NCBI GenBank assembly: GCA_012517025.1
Contig: JAAYVT010000515.1
Coordinates: 1 to 37,139 of the forward strand
Origin: Phyllobacteriaceae bacterium
Lineage (GTDB): Bacteria; Pseudomonadota; Alphaproteobacteria; Rhizobiales; Ancalomicrobiaceae
Length of the DNA stretch: 37,139 nt
Direction: 5' to 3'
The first letter of the stretch is position 1, and each line of letters begins with the position of its first letter. Below are positions 9,423 to 21,030 of this stretch, piece by piece. A model generated the notes under the pieces. It saw only the letters and a program-made list of their open reading frames with translations. It made no database searches and was not told the origin of the DNA. Both the position numbers and the translations under genes were made by a program.

Positions 9423-10307
9423 TCACTTGTAGTGCACGCGCCGCTCGACGAAGCGGAACTGGACGATGGTGAGGGCGACGATGAGCAGCATCAGGATGAT
9501 CGACTGCGCCGCCGCGCCGGAATAGTCGAGGCCTTTGAAGCCGTCGAAATAGATCTTGTAGACCATCAGCTCGGTGGCGCGGGCGGGGCCGCCCGAGGTC
9601 ATGACGTCGACGATGCCGAAACTGTCCTGGAAGCTCTCGGTGATGTCGATGACGAGCAGGAAGAACACCGTCGGGGTCAGGAGCGGCAGTTGGATGTCGC
9701 GCAGGCGGCGCAGCCAGCCGGCACCGTCGAGGGCCGCGGCTTCGGTCAGCGCCTTCGGGATGCCCTGCAGCGCGGCGAGGAAGAAGACGAAGTCGTAGCC
9801 GACGTATTTCCACGAGAAGGCGACGATCACCGAGGCCATGGCGTCGCCGCCGTCGAGGGCGGGATCCCACAGGCCCGGCCAGATCTGGTTGACGAAGGAC
9901 AGGAACCCCGCCTCCGGCGCCATCATGAAGCGGAAGGCGAGCGCCAAGGCCGGTGCGGCGATGCCGTAGGGCCAGATCATCACCACCCGATAGAACTTCG
10001 AGCCGGCGAGCTCGCGATCGACCAGCACGGCGAGGACCAGCGCGATCCCCATCGCCAGCGCGGTGGAGATGCCGGCGAACACGGTCGAGCGGACGATCGA
10101 GTTCCAATAGAGCGGATCGGACAGGATCTGGCGGAAATTGTCGAGCCCGACCCATGTGTTGCCGCCGCCCCAGGGCTGCTGCAGGGTCAGCGACCAATAG
10201 ACCGCCTGCCCGGCCGGCCAATAGAAGAAGGTGAAGATCAGGATGATCTGCGGCACCGCGAAAGCGATGCCGATCCACCAGTGCCGGAAACTCGCGCGTC
10301 GGGTCAT
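9423..10307 (-). CDS. ugpA: sn-glycerol-3-phosphate-type ABC permease
   Basis: FFYWPAGQA, FFLAALQ, EAAALDGA, GGPARAT, QFRFVERRVHY; start taken at MTRRASF. Confidence 0.88.
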   Translation of the reverse strand: MTRRASFRHWWIGIAFAVPQIILIFTFFYWPAGQAVYWSLTLQQPWGGGNTWVGLDNFRQILSDPLYWNSIVRSTVFAGISTALAMGIALVLAVLVDRELAGSKFYRVVMIWPYGIAAPALALAFRFMMAPEAGFLSFVNQIWPGLWDPALDGGDAMASVIVAFSWKYVGYDFVFFLAALQGIPKALTEAAALDGAGWLRRLRDIQLPLLTPTVFFLLVIDITESFQDSFGIVDVMTSGGPARATELMVYKIYFDGFKGLDYSGAAAQSIILMLLIVALTIVQFRFVERRVHYK

Positions 10308-10341
10308 GAGGGTCTCGGGGAGGCGTCGATCGAGCTCGTCG

Positions 10342-10380
10342 GGGGCGCCCGAAGGCGGCGGAAACGACGCCGGGCGCCCC
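10342..10380. other. Intercistronic hairpin after ugpB (probable mRNA stabiliser or attenuator)
   Basis: GGGGCGCCC ... GGGCGCCCC outer stem with an inner GGCG/CGCC stem; sits between the binding-protein and permease genes. Confidence 0.5.
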
Positions 10381-10416
10381 TCGCGGCGAGGAGCGCCCGA
10401 ACGTCCGGTCGCCCGA

Positions 10417-11760
10417 TCAGGGCAGCTGCTTGCCCTTGTAGGTCGCCTCGAAGCGACGCAGCACCGTGTTGCCACGCTCGACCATGCCGTCGATCGCCGG
10501 CTGGACCTGCTCCTTGCCGGAGAAGATCGCCTGCAGACCGTTGCCGACCTCGGCGCGGATCTGGGTGAAGTTGCCGAGGCGGATGCCGCGGGTGAGCGGG
10601 GTCGGCGGGGTGAAGGTCAGCGATTCGATCGCCGCCTCGCGACCCTTGTAGGGGGCCTTGTCGTAGAAGCCTTCCTTCTTCATGTACTCGAAGCCGGACT
10701 TGGTGACCGGGATGTAGCCGGTGACGGTCGACCAGAACAGCGCGCTCTCCGGCTTCGCGACGAAGGCGAGGAAGGCGGCGGCGCCCTTGTATTCGGCGGC
10801 CGACTTGCCCTTCAGCGTCCACAACGAAGCGCCACCGACGAGGCTGTTCTTGCGTTCGGTGCCGGCATAGACCGGCAGCATGGCGACGTCCCAAGTGACG
10901 CCTTCCTTGGCGGTGCGGCCGACCGTGCCGTGATCGCCGACCGAGGTCATGATCATCTGGCAGTCGCCGGCGGCGAAGGCCTGGACCATGTCCTGACCCA
11001 ACTCCTTCGACTTGATCTTGACGAGACCGTCGTCGTACCACGCCTTCAGATCGGTCACGTATTTGACGAACTTGGTCTTGTTGAAGACGAGTTCGGCGTC
11101 GAGGCCGTCGTAGCCGTTGTTCTTGCTGGCGATCGGCTCACCGTGGATGGCCGAGAACTGCTCCATCAGCTGCCAGCTCTCGTTGGCCGAGACGTTGATC
11201 GCCATCGGGCACTCGTAGCCGGCCTTCTTCAGCGCGACCATGTCGTCGTGCGCTTCTTCCCAGGTCTTCGGCGCGGCGGTCTTACCGATCTTCTCGAAGG
11301 CGCCCTTGTTCCAATAGAGCAGCGGCGTCGAGGAGTTGAAGGGGAAGGAGAACATCTGCCCCTTCGACGAGGCGTAATAGCCGGCGATGCCGCCGATGTA
11401 GTCGTTCCAGTCGACTTTGTAGCCGTTGTCTTCCATCAGCTTGTACGAAGGTACGAAGGCGTCGGAGAGCATCATGGTGGCGGTGCCGACGTCGTAGACC
11501 TGGACGACGGTCGGCTGCTTGCCGGCGCGGAAGGCGGCGATGGTGTTCTGCAGCGCGGCGTCGTAGTTGCCCTGGCTGGTGCAGACCACCTCGAACTCGT
11601 TCTGCGAGGCGTTGAAGCGGCCGCAGACCTCCTGCACGCGCTTCTCGAGATCGCCCGAGAGGCCGAACCAGAAATCGAACTTGGTCTTCTCCGCCGCCTG
11701 GGCGGTCGTGGCGAGCAGGAGCGCCGCGAGCGCGGCCGTCGTCGGGAACGTCTTCTTCAT
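10417..11760 (-). CDS. ugpB: sn-glycerol-3-phosphate-type ABC substrate-binding protein
   Basis: Signal peptide ending AQA; AAFRAGKQP, QVYDVGTATMM, PFNSSTPLLYWN, GGASLW, TGYIPVT; start MKKTF. Confidence 0.88.
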   Translation of the reverse strand: MKKTFPTTAALAALLLATTAQAAEKTKFDFWFGLSGDLEKRVQEVCGRFNASQNEFEVVCTSQGNYDAALQNTIAAFRAGKQPTVVQVYDVGTATMMLSDAFVPSYKLMEDNGYKVDWNDYIGGIAGYYASSKGQMFSFPFNSSTPLLYWNKGAFEKIGKTAAPKTWEEAHDDMVALKKAGYECPMAINVSANESWQLMEQFSAIHGEPIASKNNGYDGLDAELVFNKTKFVKYVTDLKAWYDDGLVKIKSKELGQDMVQAFAAGDCQMIMTSVGDHGTVGRTAKEGVTWDVAMLPVYAGTERKNSLVGGASLWTLKGKSAAEYKGAAAFLAFVAKPESALFWSTVTGYIPVTKSGFEYMKKEGFYDKAPYKGREAAIESLTFTPPTPLTRGIRLGNFTQIRAEVGNGLQAIFSGKEQVQPAIDGMVERGNTVLRRFEATYKGKQLP

Positions 11761-11844
11761 CGTCGGTTCCTCGGGAAACGACGTCGTCGCCGGCCGGCGA
11801 ATGCGACGTCGAGGATGGGGACCGGCGGACATTGCGGAGCCTCG

Positions 11845-11873
11845 ATGACGTGCCGCAGACGATTCGATGACGG
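11845..11873 (-). promoter_or_regulatory. Pho-box-like array upstream of ugpB
   Basis: Minus strand CCGTCAT-cgaa-TCGTCTG-cggc-ACGTCAT: three 7-mers at 11-bp period resembling CTGTCAT. Confidence 0.6.
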
Positions 11874-12102
11874 TTCCGTGTACGATCGTTCAGCGAGCAT
11901 CGGCCGGCGCCGGCGCGTCGGCGAACTTCGGCCGACCCCGCCGCCGATCGGCTCGAATCGCGCTTCGGCGCGGCGGCAACCACGGGCGTGGCGCGGCGAA
12001 GCACCGCGCCCCCGCAGGGCGCGTCCCGCTTCGTCCACGAGTGACGAGCGCGACGACTCGGATCACATTCGCCGCCGTCTGCCGTGGACCCCGGGGGCGA
12101 CG

Positions 12103-12450
12103 ATGAAAGCGAACACCATCTCGATCGGCGTCTTTTCGACGATCGTCTGCGCCGTTCTTCTGAGTGGATGCGAGACGACGGAGGCGAACCGGATCGCCTA
12201 CGACCACGCCTCGGCCTCCAGCGACCAGTTCCTGAAGGACCGCTACGCCTGCATCAAGGAATCGATGGGCTTCGTGCAATCCGGCAAGAGCTACGTCACC
12301 GACGGCTACGGCCAGAGCCGATCCGAAGGCAAGAACGCGGTGAACGGCCCGGTGTTCAACAACTGCATGGCGTTGAAGGGATACACCCAGAACGACGAGG
12401 CCGGCCGGCTGGTGGTGCCGCCGGCGCTGGTCGTGCCCTCCTACGACTGA
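12103..12450 (+). CDS. Lipoprotein of unknown function (115 aa)
   Basis: C-terminal part of track ORF 10231..12450; lipobox LSG/C; DRYAC and FNNCMALKGY Cys pair. Confidence 0.8.
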   Translation: MKANTISIGVFSTIVCAVLLSGCETTEANRIAYDHASASSDQFLKDRYACIKESMGFVQSGKSYVTDGYGQSRSEGKNAVNGPVFNNCMALKGYTQNDEAGRLVVPPALVVPSYD

Positions 12451-12493
12451 GCCCCTCCCGGGAGGGAGCCGCAGGGGCGCCGAAGACGGCACC

Positions 12494-12539
12494 AAAAGAA
12501 AATCGGCCCCGAACCGAAGTTCGGAGCCGATTTTTCTTT
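12494..12539 (-). terminator. Rho-independent terminator after tRNA-Leu, possibly bidirectional
   Basis: Minus strand AAAATCGGCTCCGAAC-TTCG-GTTCGGGGCCGATTTT then CTTTT; T-rich tails on both strands. Confidence 0.8.
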
Positions 12540-12544
12540 CCTCA

Positions 12545-12629
12545 TGGTGCGGCCGATTGGACTCGAACCAACACGGGTCTCCCCACTAGCACCTCAAGCT
12601 AGCGCGTCTACCAATTCCGCCACGGCCGC
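12545..12629 (-). tRNA. tRNA-Leu (anticodon GAG)
   Basis: GCGGCCGTGGCGGAATTGGTAGACGCG-CTAGC-TTGAGGT-GCTAG-long variable arm-GGTTCGAGTCC-...GCACCA; 85 nt with encoded CCA. Confidence 0.97.
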
Positions 12630-12759
12630 GACCGGAGGAAGGTGTCGCGACGACTTCCGTCGTGCGAACCGGCGCTCATGTACCCCATCGGATTCGCCGG
12701 ATCAAGCACCCCGACGGGAAAATCTGTGTGGAAGATCACGGGGGTCGGCGGCGCGGCCG

Positions 12760-13026
12760 TCAGACCCGGCGAACATTGTCGCGCGGCCGGAAGCCGGGGG
12801 CGCGGAACAGCACCTCCTTGATGGTGATGCCGACGCGGTCGCCGCGCAGAATCACTTGGCCGGTGGCCACCGGAACGTCGTTGGCGAAGATCTGGACGTC
12901 GTCGGTCTCACGCGTGTCGAGCTCGATGACCGCTCCGCGGCCCATCCGCAGGACCTGATGGATCGGGACGTGCGTCGATCCCAGCACCACCGAAATGTCC
13001 ACGCCGATGTTGTCGAACGGAGTCAT
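12760..13026 (-). CDS. Stand-alone FliM/FliN (SpoA) domain protein
   Basis: 88 aa; VDISVVLG...LRMGRGAVIELD...VATGQV...GITI is the SpoA pattern; GAGGAG RBS. Confidence 0.85.
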   Translation of the reverse strand: MTPFDNIGVDISVVLGSTHVPIHQVLRMGRGAVIELDTRETDDVQIFANDVPVATGQVILRGDRVGITIKEVLFRAPGFRPRDNVRRV

Positions 13027-13089
13027 ATGGTGTTCTCCTCGCCTCGCGCGCCCGGTCGCGCCGAACGCCCGAAGAGTGGCAGGTCGGTG

Positions 13090-13105
13090 GTTAGCGAATG
13101 GTAAA
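13090..13105 (-). promoter_or_regulatory. CtrA-like site upstream of the FliN-like gene, overlapping the lipB start codon
   Basis: Minus strand TTTACCATTCGCTAAC versus TTAA-N7-TTAAC (two mismatches), including a TTAACCAT-like half-site. Confidence 0.4.
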
Positions 13106-13889
13106 CGAGACGTCCCGAAACGACATCGAAGCCCCTCTCTCCGTCCCTCTCGCCGATGTGGCGGCGCCTCGCCCCGATCGCGACCACGTGCTCGACGGCG
13201 GCTTCCTCGCCCTCCCCGGCTCGGCGCCGGTCGAGTGGGCGATCGCGGAGGGGCTGACGCCCTACGACGCGGCGGTCGCGGAGATGGAAGCGCGGGTGGC
13301 GGCGATCGCGGCGGGGCAGGCGGCGGAGCGGGTGTGGCTGGTCGAGCACCCTCCCCTCTATACGGCCGGCACCAGCGCCGTTCCGGTCGATCTGCTCGAT
13401 CCGGATCGCTTCCCGGTGTTCCAGACCGGGCGCGGCGGCGAGTTCACCTATCACGGCCCCGGACAGCGTGTGGCCTACGTGATGCTCGACCTGACCCGGC
13501 GGCGGCAGGACCTGCGCGCCTATGTGGCGGCGCTCGAGCAATGGGTGATCGCCACCCTCGCCGATCACGGCGTGCGCGGCGAACGGCGCGAGGACCGGGT
13601 GGGGGTGTGGGTACGGCGGCCGGAGAAGGCGGAGATCGCGCCGGGCGTCGGCGCCGAGGACAAGATCGCGGCGATCGGCATCCGTGTGCGCAAGTGGGTG
13701 ACGTTCCACGGCATCGCGCTCAACGTCGAGCCCGACCTCTCCCATTTCTCCGGGATCGTGCCCTGCGGCATCCGCGGCTACGGCGTCACCTCGCTGGTCG
13801 ACCTCGGCCTGCCGGTGACCATGACCGACGTCGACGTGGTGCTGCGGCGGACCTTCGAGACGGTGTTCGGACCCACCGTCTCGGTGTGA
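13098..13889 (+). CDS. lipB: Lipoyl(octanoyl) transferase
   Basis: [44 protein letters not shown] motifs; true start could be slightly downstream. Confidence 0.96.
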   Translation: MVNETSRNDIEAPLSVPLADVAAPRPDRDHVLDGGFLALPGSAPVEWAIAEGLTPYDAAVAEMEARVAAIAAGQAAERVWLVEHPPLYTAGTSAVPVDLLDPDRFPVFQTGRGGEFTYHGPGQRVAYVMLDLTRRRQDLRAYVAALEQWVIATLADHGVRGERREDRVGVWVRRPEKAEIAPGVGAEDKIAAIGIRVRKWVTFHGIALNVEPDLSHFSGIVPCGIRGYGVTSLVDLGLPVTMTDVDVVLRRTFETVFGPTVSV

Positions 13890-13892
13890 GCC

Positions 13893-14171
13893 TCACTCGC
13901 TGGAGCGGATCAGGAAGCCGGGGCGCGGCGGCTCGCTCTCCTCGTAGCGCTCCAGCACTTCGACGCTGGCGCGGGCCGGGCCGCGCCGACAATGAGCGAT
14001 CATGTCGTGGACGGCGTCGTCGTCGCCGTGGAAGAGCGCCTCGACGGTGCCGTCGCGCAGATTGCGGACCCAACCGGCCAGCCCCAATTCGCGGGCACGC
14101 CGCTCGATCCAGGCGCGGAACCCCACGCCCTGCACTCGTCCCGACATGACGATCCTGATCGTCCGCACCAT
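13893..14171 (-). CDS. acyP: Acylphosphatase
   Basis: [26 protein letters not shown]; AGGAG RBS before ATG 14171; 92 aa. Confidence 0.93.
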   Translation of the reverse strand: MVRTIRIVMSGRVQGVGFRAWIERRARELGLAGWVRNLRDGTVEALFHGDDDAVHDMIAHCRRGPARASVEVLERYEESEPPRPGFLIRSSE

Positions 14172-14356
14172 TCTTCTCCTGCGAAAGGCGAAGCGACCCC
14201 GACGCGTCGCGAGACGACGCGCGGTTCCCCTGTCCCTTCGGAACGCCCAATCGATTCGAAGGATCGCGCCGCCCCCGACGCTGCCTTCGTGGATACATAG
14301 ATAGCCGCGTCGACGGGCGGCGCGCCAGCCGTGGAAACCCGCAGACGAATATTCGA

Positions 14357-15060
14357 TTACCGCGCGCGGCGGGCGAGGAGGAGATCGGCGAGATCGGCGA
14401 CCCGGTCGACCACCCGTTCCGCACCGGCGGCGGCGAGCTCGCCGTCCGCGCCGTAGCCCCAAGCGACGCCGATGGTGGCGATGCCGGCGGCGCGGGCGCC
14501 GACGACGTCGTGCTCACGATCGCCGATCATCACCGCGGTCGCGGGATCGATCGCCTCGACGTCGCGGATCCACGGCACGAGGTCGGTCTTGTGGACGCGG
14601 GTGCCGTCGAGCTCGGAGCCGTGGACGGCGGCGAAGGCGCGATCGAGGCCGAAGTGCTCGAGGATGCGGGCGGCGAAGACGCGCGGCTTGGAGGTCGCCA
14701 GCACCACGCGGCGCCCGTCGGCGACGAGGGCCGCGAGGAGGTCCGGGATGCCGGGATAGACCTCGTTCTCGTAGAGGCCGACGGTGCCGTAGCGGGCGCG
14801 ATAGGCGGCGACGCCGGCCTCCGCCAGGGTGCGGTCGCCGTCGAGCAGACGGGCGAAGGCGTCGATCAGCGGCGGTCCGATGCACCAGTCGAGATCGACC
14901 TCGGGACCGAGCGGCCGGCCGAGTTCGGCCATGGCGTGGCGGATCGAGACGGTGATGCCGACCTTCGGGTCGGTCAGTGTGCCGTCGAGATCGAAAAGGA
15001 CCGTGGCGATCCCGTCGGGGATCGCCACGGTCGATGTTTCGTCGTGGAGAGCCATCCGGC

Positions 15061-15064
<4 letters not shown>
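14357..15064 (-). CDS. HAD-superfamily hydrolase (phosphoglycolate phosphatase/nucleotidase-like)
   Basis: [31 protein letters not shown]; ATGA overlap with the pccA stop. Confidence 0.88.
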
Positions 15065-17076
<2,012 letters not shown>

Positions 17077-17236
17077 GTCGTGACACCGGCCCCGATGAAA
17101 AAGAGCAAGACGGGCGTGGTTCTAGGCGCTTCCGCGAAGCTCCGCAACTGCGGCAGGCGCGTCTGCGACCCCCTCACGCCCGCAAAATCGCTCGAAACAG
17201 TAAGACCTTGGTCTTAGGTCGTTCGTTCGTTCGCCT

Positions 17237-17521
17237 TCACCGGCACAGCTTGATCTTCTCGGCGAGGAGGATCTGCGCCATCGACTGGCGTTGCGCCGGG
17301 CTCAACGATACTCGGTTCGGATCGTACTGCCGGCAACCTTGGTTGCCGAAGGCGGCGACGGCGCGCGGATCGCGGAAACAGAGCCCCGCGGCCTTCAGAA
17401 TTGCATTCTTGTGATGCCAGAGTTGGGCACAGGACATGGCGGACGGCTCGAGCGCGACCGCCGGTGCGACCGACGCGGCGAGACCGACAAGCCCGAACAG
17501 AACGGAGCGGCGAATCGACAT
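17237..17521 (-). CDS. Small secreted YARHG-domain-like protein
   Basis: AAGGAGG RBS; signal peptide; CxxLWxxKNxIxxxxGLCF...FGNQGC...LS...E...C pattern. Confidence 0.7.
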   Translation of the reverse strand: MSIRRSVLFGLVGLAASVAPAVALEPSAMSCAQLWHHKNAILKAAGLCFRDPRAVAAFGNQGCRQYDPNRVSLSPAQRQSMAQILLAEKIKLCR

Positions 17522-17695
17522 CGGGCGGTCCTCCTTCGCCTCACACGACCGCGTCCGCGCCGGTCGGGCAAGGGCGGAGGGGCGCTCGGCGCTTCACGAC
17601 CGCGTGCGATCGGGCGGCGACACCCGCCCCGGAGACGACGAAGGTCGCGGCCCCTTTCGGGACCGCGACCTCGAGCTCGGACGCGCCTCACCGCC

Positions 17696-19228
17696 TCACA
17701 GCGGGATGTTGTCGTGCTTCTTCCAGGGGTTGGTCAGCTGCTTGGTGCGCAGCATGCGCAACGCCCGGGCGATGCGGCGACGGGTCGAATGCGGCTTGAT
17801 CACGTCGTCGACGTAACCGCGCTCGGCCGCCACGAAGGGGTTGGCGAAGCGGTTCTTGTACTCTTCGGTGTGCTCGGCGATCTTCACCGGATCGTCGAGA
17901 TCGTCGCGATAGAGGATCTCCACCGCGCCCTTGGCGCCCATCACCGCGATCTCGGCCGTCGGCCAAGCGTAGTTGAAGTCGCCACGCAGGTGCTTCGAGG
18001 CCATGACGTCGTAGGCGCCGCCGTAGGCCTTGCGGGTGATGACGGTGATCTTGGGAACCGTCGCCTCGGCATAGGCGAAGAGCAGCTTGGCGCCGTGCTT
18101 GATCAGTCCGCCGTATTCCTGCGCCGTGCCGGGCAGGAAGCCGGGAACGTCGACGTAGGTGATGATCGGAATGTTGAAGGCGTCGCAGAAGCGGACGAAC
18201 CGCGCCGCCTTGCGGGAGGCGTCGATGTCGAGCACGCCGGCGAGCACCATCGGCTGGTTGGCGACGATGCCGACGGTGCGGCCCTCGACGCGACCGAAGC
18301 CGACGATGATGTTCTTGGCGTGGTTCGGCTGGATCTCGAAGAAGTCGCCCTCGTCGACCGTCTTCAGGATCAGCTCCTTCATGTCGTAGGGCTTGTTCGG
18401 ATTGTCCGGGATCAGGCTGTCGAGCGAGGGATCGAGCCGGTCGACGTCGTCGGCGGTCTCGATCTCGGGCAGCTCGGCCTGATTGTGGATCGGCAGATAG
18501 TCGACCAACCGCCGCATCTGCAGCAGCGCTTCGACGTCGTTCTCGAACGAGCCGTCGGCGACCGAGGACTTGGTGGTGTGGACCGAGGCGCCGCCGAGCT
18601 CTTCGGAGGTGACGATCTCGTTGGTCACCGTCTTCACCACGTCCGGGCCGGTCACGAACATGTAGGACGTGTCGCGGACCATGAAGATGAAGTCGGTCAT
18701 GGCGGGCGAGTAGACGTCGCCGCCGGCGCACGGGCCCATGATCACCGAGATCTGCGGGATCACACCGGAAGCCAGCACGTTCATCTGGAAGACTTCGCCG
18801 TAGCCGCCGAGTGCCGCCACACCTTCCTGGATGCGGGCGCCGCCGGCGTCGAACAGGCCGATGATCGGAGCGCGATTGCGCAGCGCCATCTCCTGCAGCT
18901 TGACGATCTTCTTGGCGTGGGCCTCGGAGAGCGAGCCGCCGAACACCGTGAAGTCCTTGGCGAAGAGATAGACCGTGCGGCCGTTGATGGTGCCGGAGCC
19001 GATCACCACGCCGTCGCCGGGGATCTTGGATTTCTCCATCCCGAAGTCGATGCAGCGATGCTCGACGTAGATGTCGATCTCCTCGAAGCTGTCGTGATCG
19101 AGCAGAACCTCGATGCGCTCACGCGCGGTGAGCTTGCCGCGCTTGTGCTGCGCATCGATGCGGCGCTGGCCGCCGCCCATCCAAGCCTCGTCACGACGAC
19201 GCTGGAGTTCCGCAATGACGTCCTTCAT
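17696..19228 (-). CDS. pccB: Propionyl-CoA carboxylase beta chain (carboxyltransferase)
   Basis: [40 protein letters not shown]-terminal KKHDNIPL; 510 aa. Confidence 0.94.
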   Translation of the reverse strand: MKDVIAELQRRRDEAWMGGGQRRIDAQHKRGKLTARERIEVLLDHDSFEEIDIYVEHRCIDFGMEKSKIPGDGVVIGSGTINGRTVYLFAKDFTVFGGSLSEAHAKKIVKLQEMALRNRAPIIGLFDAGGARIQEGVAALGGYGEVFQMNVLASGVIPQISVIMGPCAGGDVYSPAMTDFIFMVRDTSYMFVTGPDVVKTVTNEIVTSEELGGASVHTTKSSVADGSFENDVEALLQMRRLVDYLPIHNQAELPEIETADDVDRLDPSLDSLIPDNPNKPYDMKELILKTVDEGDFFEIQPNHAKNIIVGFGRVEGRTVGIVANQPMVLAGVLDIDASRKAARFVRFCDAFNIPIITYVDVPGFLPGTAQEYGGLIKHGAKLLFAYAEATVPKITVITRKAYGGAYDVMASKHLRGDFNYAWPTAEIAVMGAKGAVEILYRDDLDDPVKIAEHTEEYKNRFANPFVAAERGYVDDVIKPHSTRRRIARALRMLRTKQLTNPWKKHDNIPL

Positions 19229-19351
19229 GGGAGCAACCCCGTATTCTCGAGGAAAAAGACCGATCGGGGGCGGTAGTTAGCACGGTGTCCTTCCCCGGCA
19301 CAGCACCGCCAAAAGTCGTAACGACCCGACGAAGCCCGTCGGGACCCGCGT

Positions 19352-20155
19352 TCACAGCCCGGCGAACCGGGTCGCGGCGTCGAATTCCCGGCGGCGATGG
19401 GCGAGGCGCGCCTCGGCTTCGGCGTCGCGGCCCCACAATTCTGCGTTCCACGTCTCGTCGAGATGAGCGAGTTCCCAGGCCGCATCCGGGGTCAGACGAC
19501 GCTCGATCGCCGCCAGCGCCAGGACGAAGGACCCGGTCAGGGTGGTGAGCACGTGCAGCGCCGCCAGGACCCAGGGATCGAGTGCGTCGACGCGCGCCCG
19601 CAACGCATGGAGTGCATCGCCGTCTTGCGCGACGTGCATGACGCCCTCGGCCACCAACAGGCGGACGCCGTGCGCCTCCTCGATCCAGTCGAGCAGCGGA
19701 TCCCAGCCCTCGCTCTGGCGGGCGACGAGGCGATCCGGCCCCTCGGCGCGATAACACAGAAGGTCGGTCCCGGCGTATTTCACCGCGTCCTCGGCGACCT
19801 CGCCGCGGCGATCGGTCACCGCGTCGAGCACCGAGTTGGCGATGCGGGTGACCGGCATGGTCGCCGGATCGAGGTGAGTCTCCTGGGCCCGCCACTCCTC
19901 GGCCACCGCGTCGGCGAGGGCGACGGTCGGCAGCCACAGCTCGCGCTTGCCCGGCGTCTTGACCGGGCGGCCGTCGAGCAGGATGCGGAAGCCCTCGCCC
20001 GCCGGCTCCACCGCCACCTCGCGCCAGAAGCGACGCGGCAGATCGCGTTTCATCGCGGCGCGGGCGCGCTTCACCGGATCGGGGTGGGAGAGCACCACGT
20101 CGGGGGCGTCGGCTTCGACTTCGGCGTTCGGATCGAACCAGAGGAGATCGCGCAC
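19352..20155 (-). CDS. ATP12-family chaperone
   Basis: RRFWREV, LLDGRPVKTP, EEW, MPVTRIAN, TDLLCYRA, LTTLTGS, HLDE..WG.D.EA. Confidence 0.9.
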   Translation of the reverse strand: MRDLLWFDPNAEVEADAPDVVLSHPDPVKRARAAMKRDLPRRFWREVAVEPAGEGFRILLDGRPVKTPGKRELWLPTVALADAVAEEWRAQETHLDPATMPVTRIANSVLDAVTDRRGEVAEDAVKYAGTDLLCYRAEGPDRLVARQSEGWDPLLDWIEEAHGVRLLVAEGVMHVAQDGDALHALRARVDALDPWVLAALHVLTTLTGSFVLALAAIERRLTPDAAWELAHLDETWNAELWGRDAEAEARLAHRRREFDAATRFAGL

Positions 20156-20176
20156 GGCTCGTACTCCGCGTTCGGC

Positions 20177-20845
20177 TCACCAGCCGAACAGGCGGGCGAG
20201 CGCGGGGCTCAGGTCGGCGTAGTCGTCGAGCACGGTGACGGCTCCGGCGCTCGCCAGTCGGTCGGCGGGGTGGTAGCCCCAACCGACGCCGATCGCAAGG
20301 ATTCCCGCCGCCGTCCCCATTTCGACGTCGAAGACGGTGTCGCCGACGATCGCCGCGCGGTCGGGCGCGACGCCGGTCTCGGCGAGGGCGGCCAACACCA
20401 TCGCCGGATGCGGCTTGGAGGGGTGGTCGTCGGCGCACTGGACGGTGACGAAGCGGCCGTGCAGATCGTGCAGATCGAGCACGGCGCGGATGCCGCGATG
20501 CGACTTGCCGGTGGCGAGCCCGAGCAGGACGTCGTCGCGAGCGGCGAGCGCATCGAGCGCGGCGCGGGCGCCGGGGTAGAGCGGCTCCTCGCCGTCGCCG
20601 GCGGAGCGCAGATCGAAATAGGCGGATTTGTAGGCCTCGCCGAGGGCGCGCACGGTGGCGGCGTCGGCGGTGCCGCCGGTCAGGCGGGTCATCGCCTCGG
20701 CGAGCGACAGGCCGACCACCGACAGCGTCGCGGCGCGCGGCGGCGGGGCGAGCTGCAGATCCGCGAAGGCGCGGGTCATGGCGGCGACGATCATGTGCTG
20801 GCTGTCGACCAGTGTGCCGTCGACGTCGAACAGAATGAGATTCAT
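20177..20845 (-). CDS. HAD-IA hydrolase (phosphoglycolate phosphatase-like)
   Basis: C-terminal part of track ORF 20177..21982; LFDVDGTLVDS, ATGKS, HPSKPHP, VGDTVFD, WGYH; GAGGGG RBS. Confidence 0.9.
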   Translation of the reverse strand: MNLILFDVDGTLVDSQHMIVAAMTRAFADLQLAPPPRAATLSVVGLSLAEAMTRLTGGTADAATVRALGEAYKSAYFDLRSAGDGEEPLYPGARAALDALAARDDVLLGLATGKSHRGIRAVLDLHDLHGRFVTVQCADDHPSKPHPAMVLAALAETGVAPDRAAIVGDTVFDVEMGTAAGILAIGVGWGYHPADRLASAGAVTVLDDYADLSPALARLFGW

Positions 20846-21030
20846 GACGCCCCCTCGATCGGCGCGAGGGGCGGTGGACGGCCGGCGGGCTGCCGCCGGC
20901 CCCGTCCAGTCGCTCGGCGACCCGACGGCACGGGCGCCGAGGGTCAGTCGAGCGTTCCGCGATCCGCGCCCGGTTCTAGTCCTTCCTACACGACGATTCG
21001 ATGAAGGCGAAAGCCCTTCGCGCGGAAGGC

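Noticed and set aside
12545-12629. tRNA-Leu as the attachment site of a genomic island
   Set aside because: No integrase and no convincing duplication of the tRNA 3' end; a short GGTGCGGCCGA match near 10912 lies within ugpB and is likely chance
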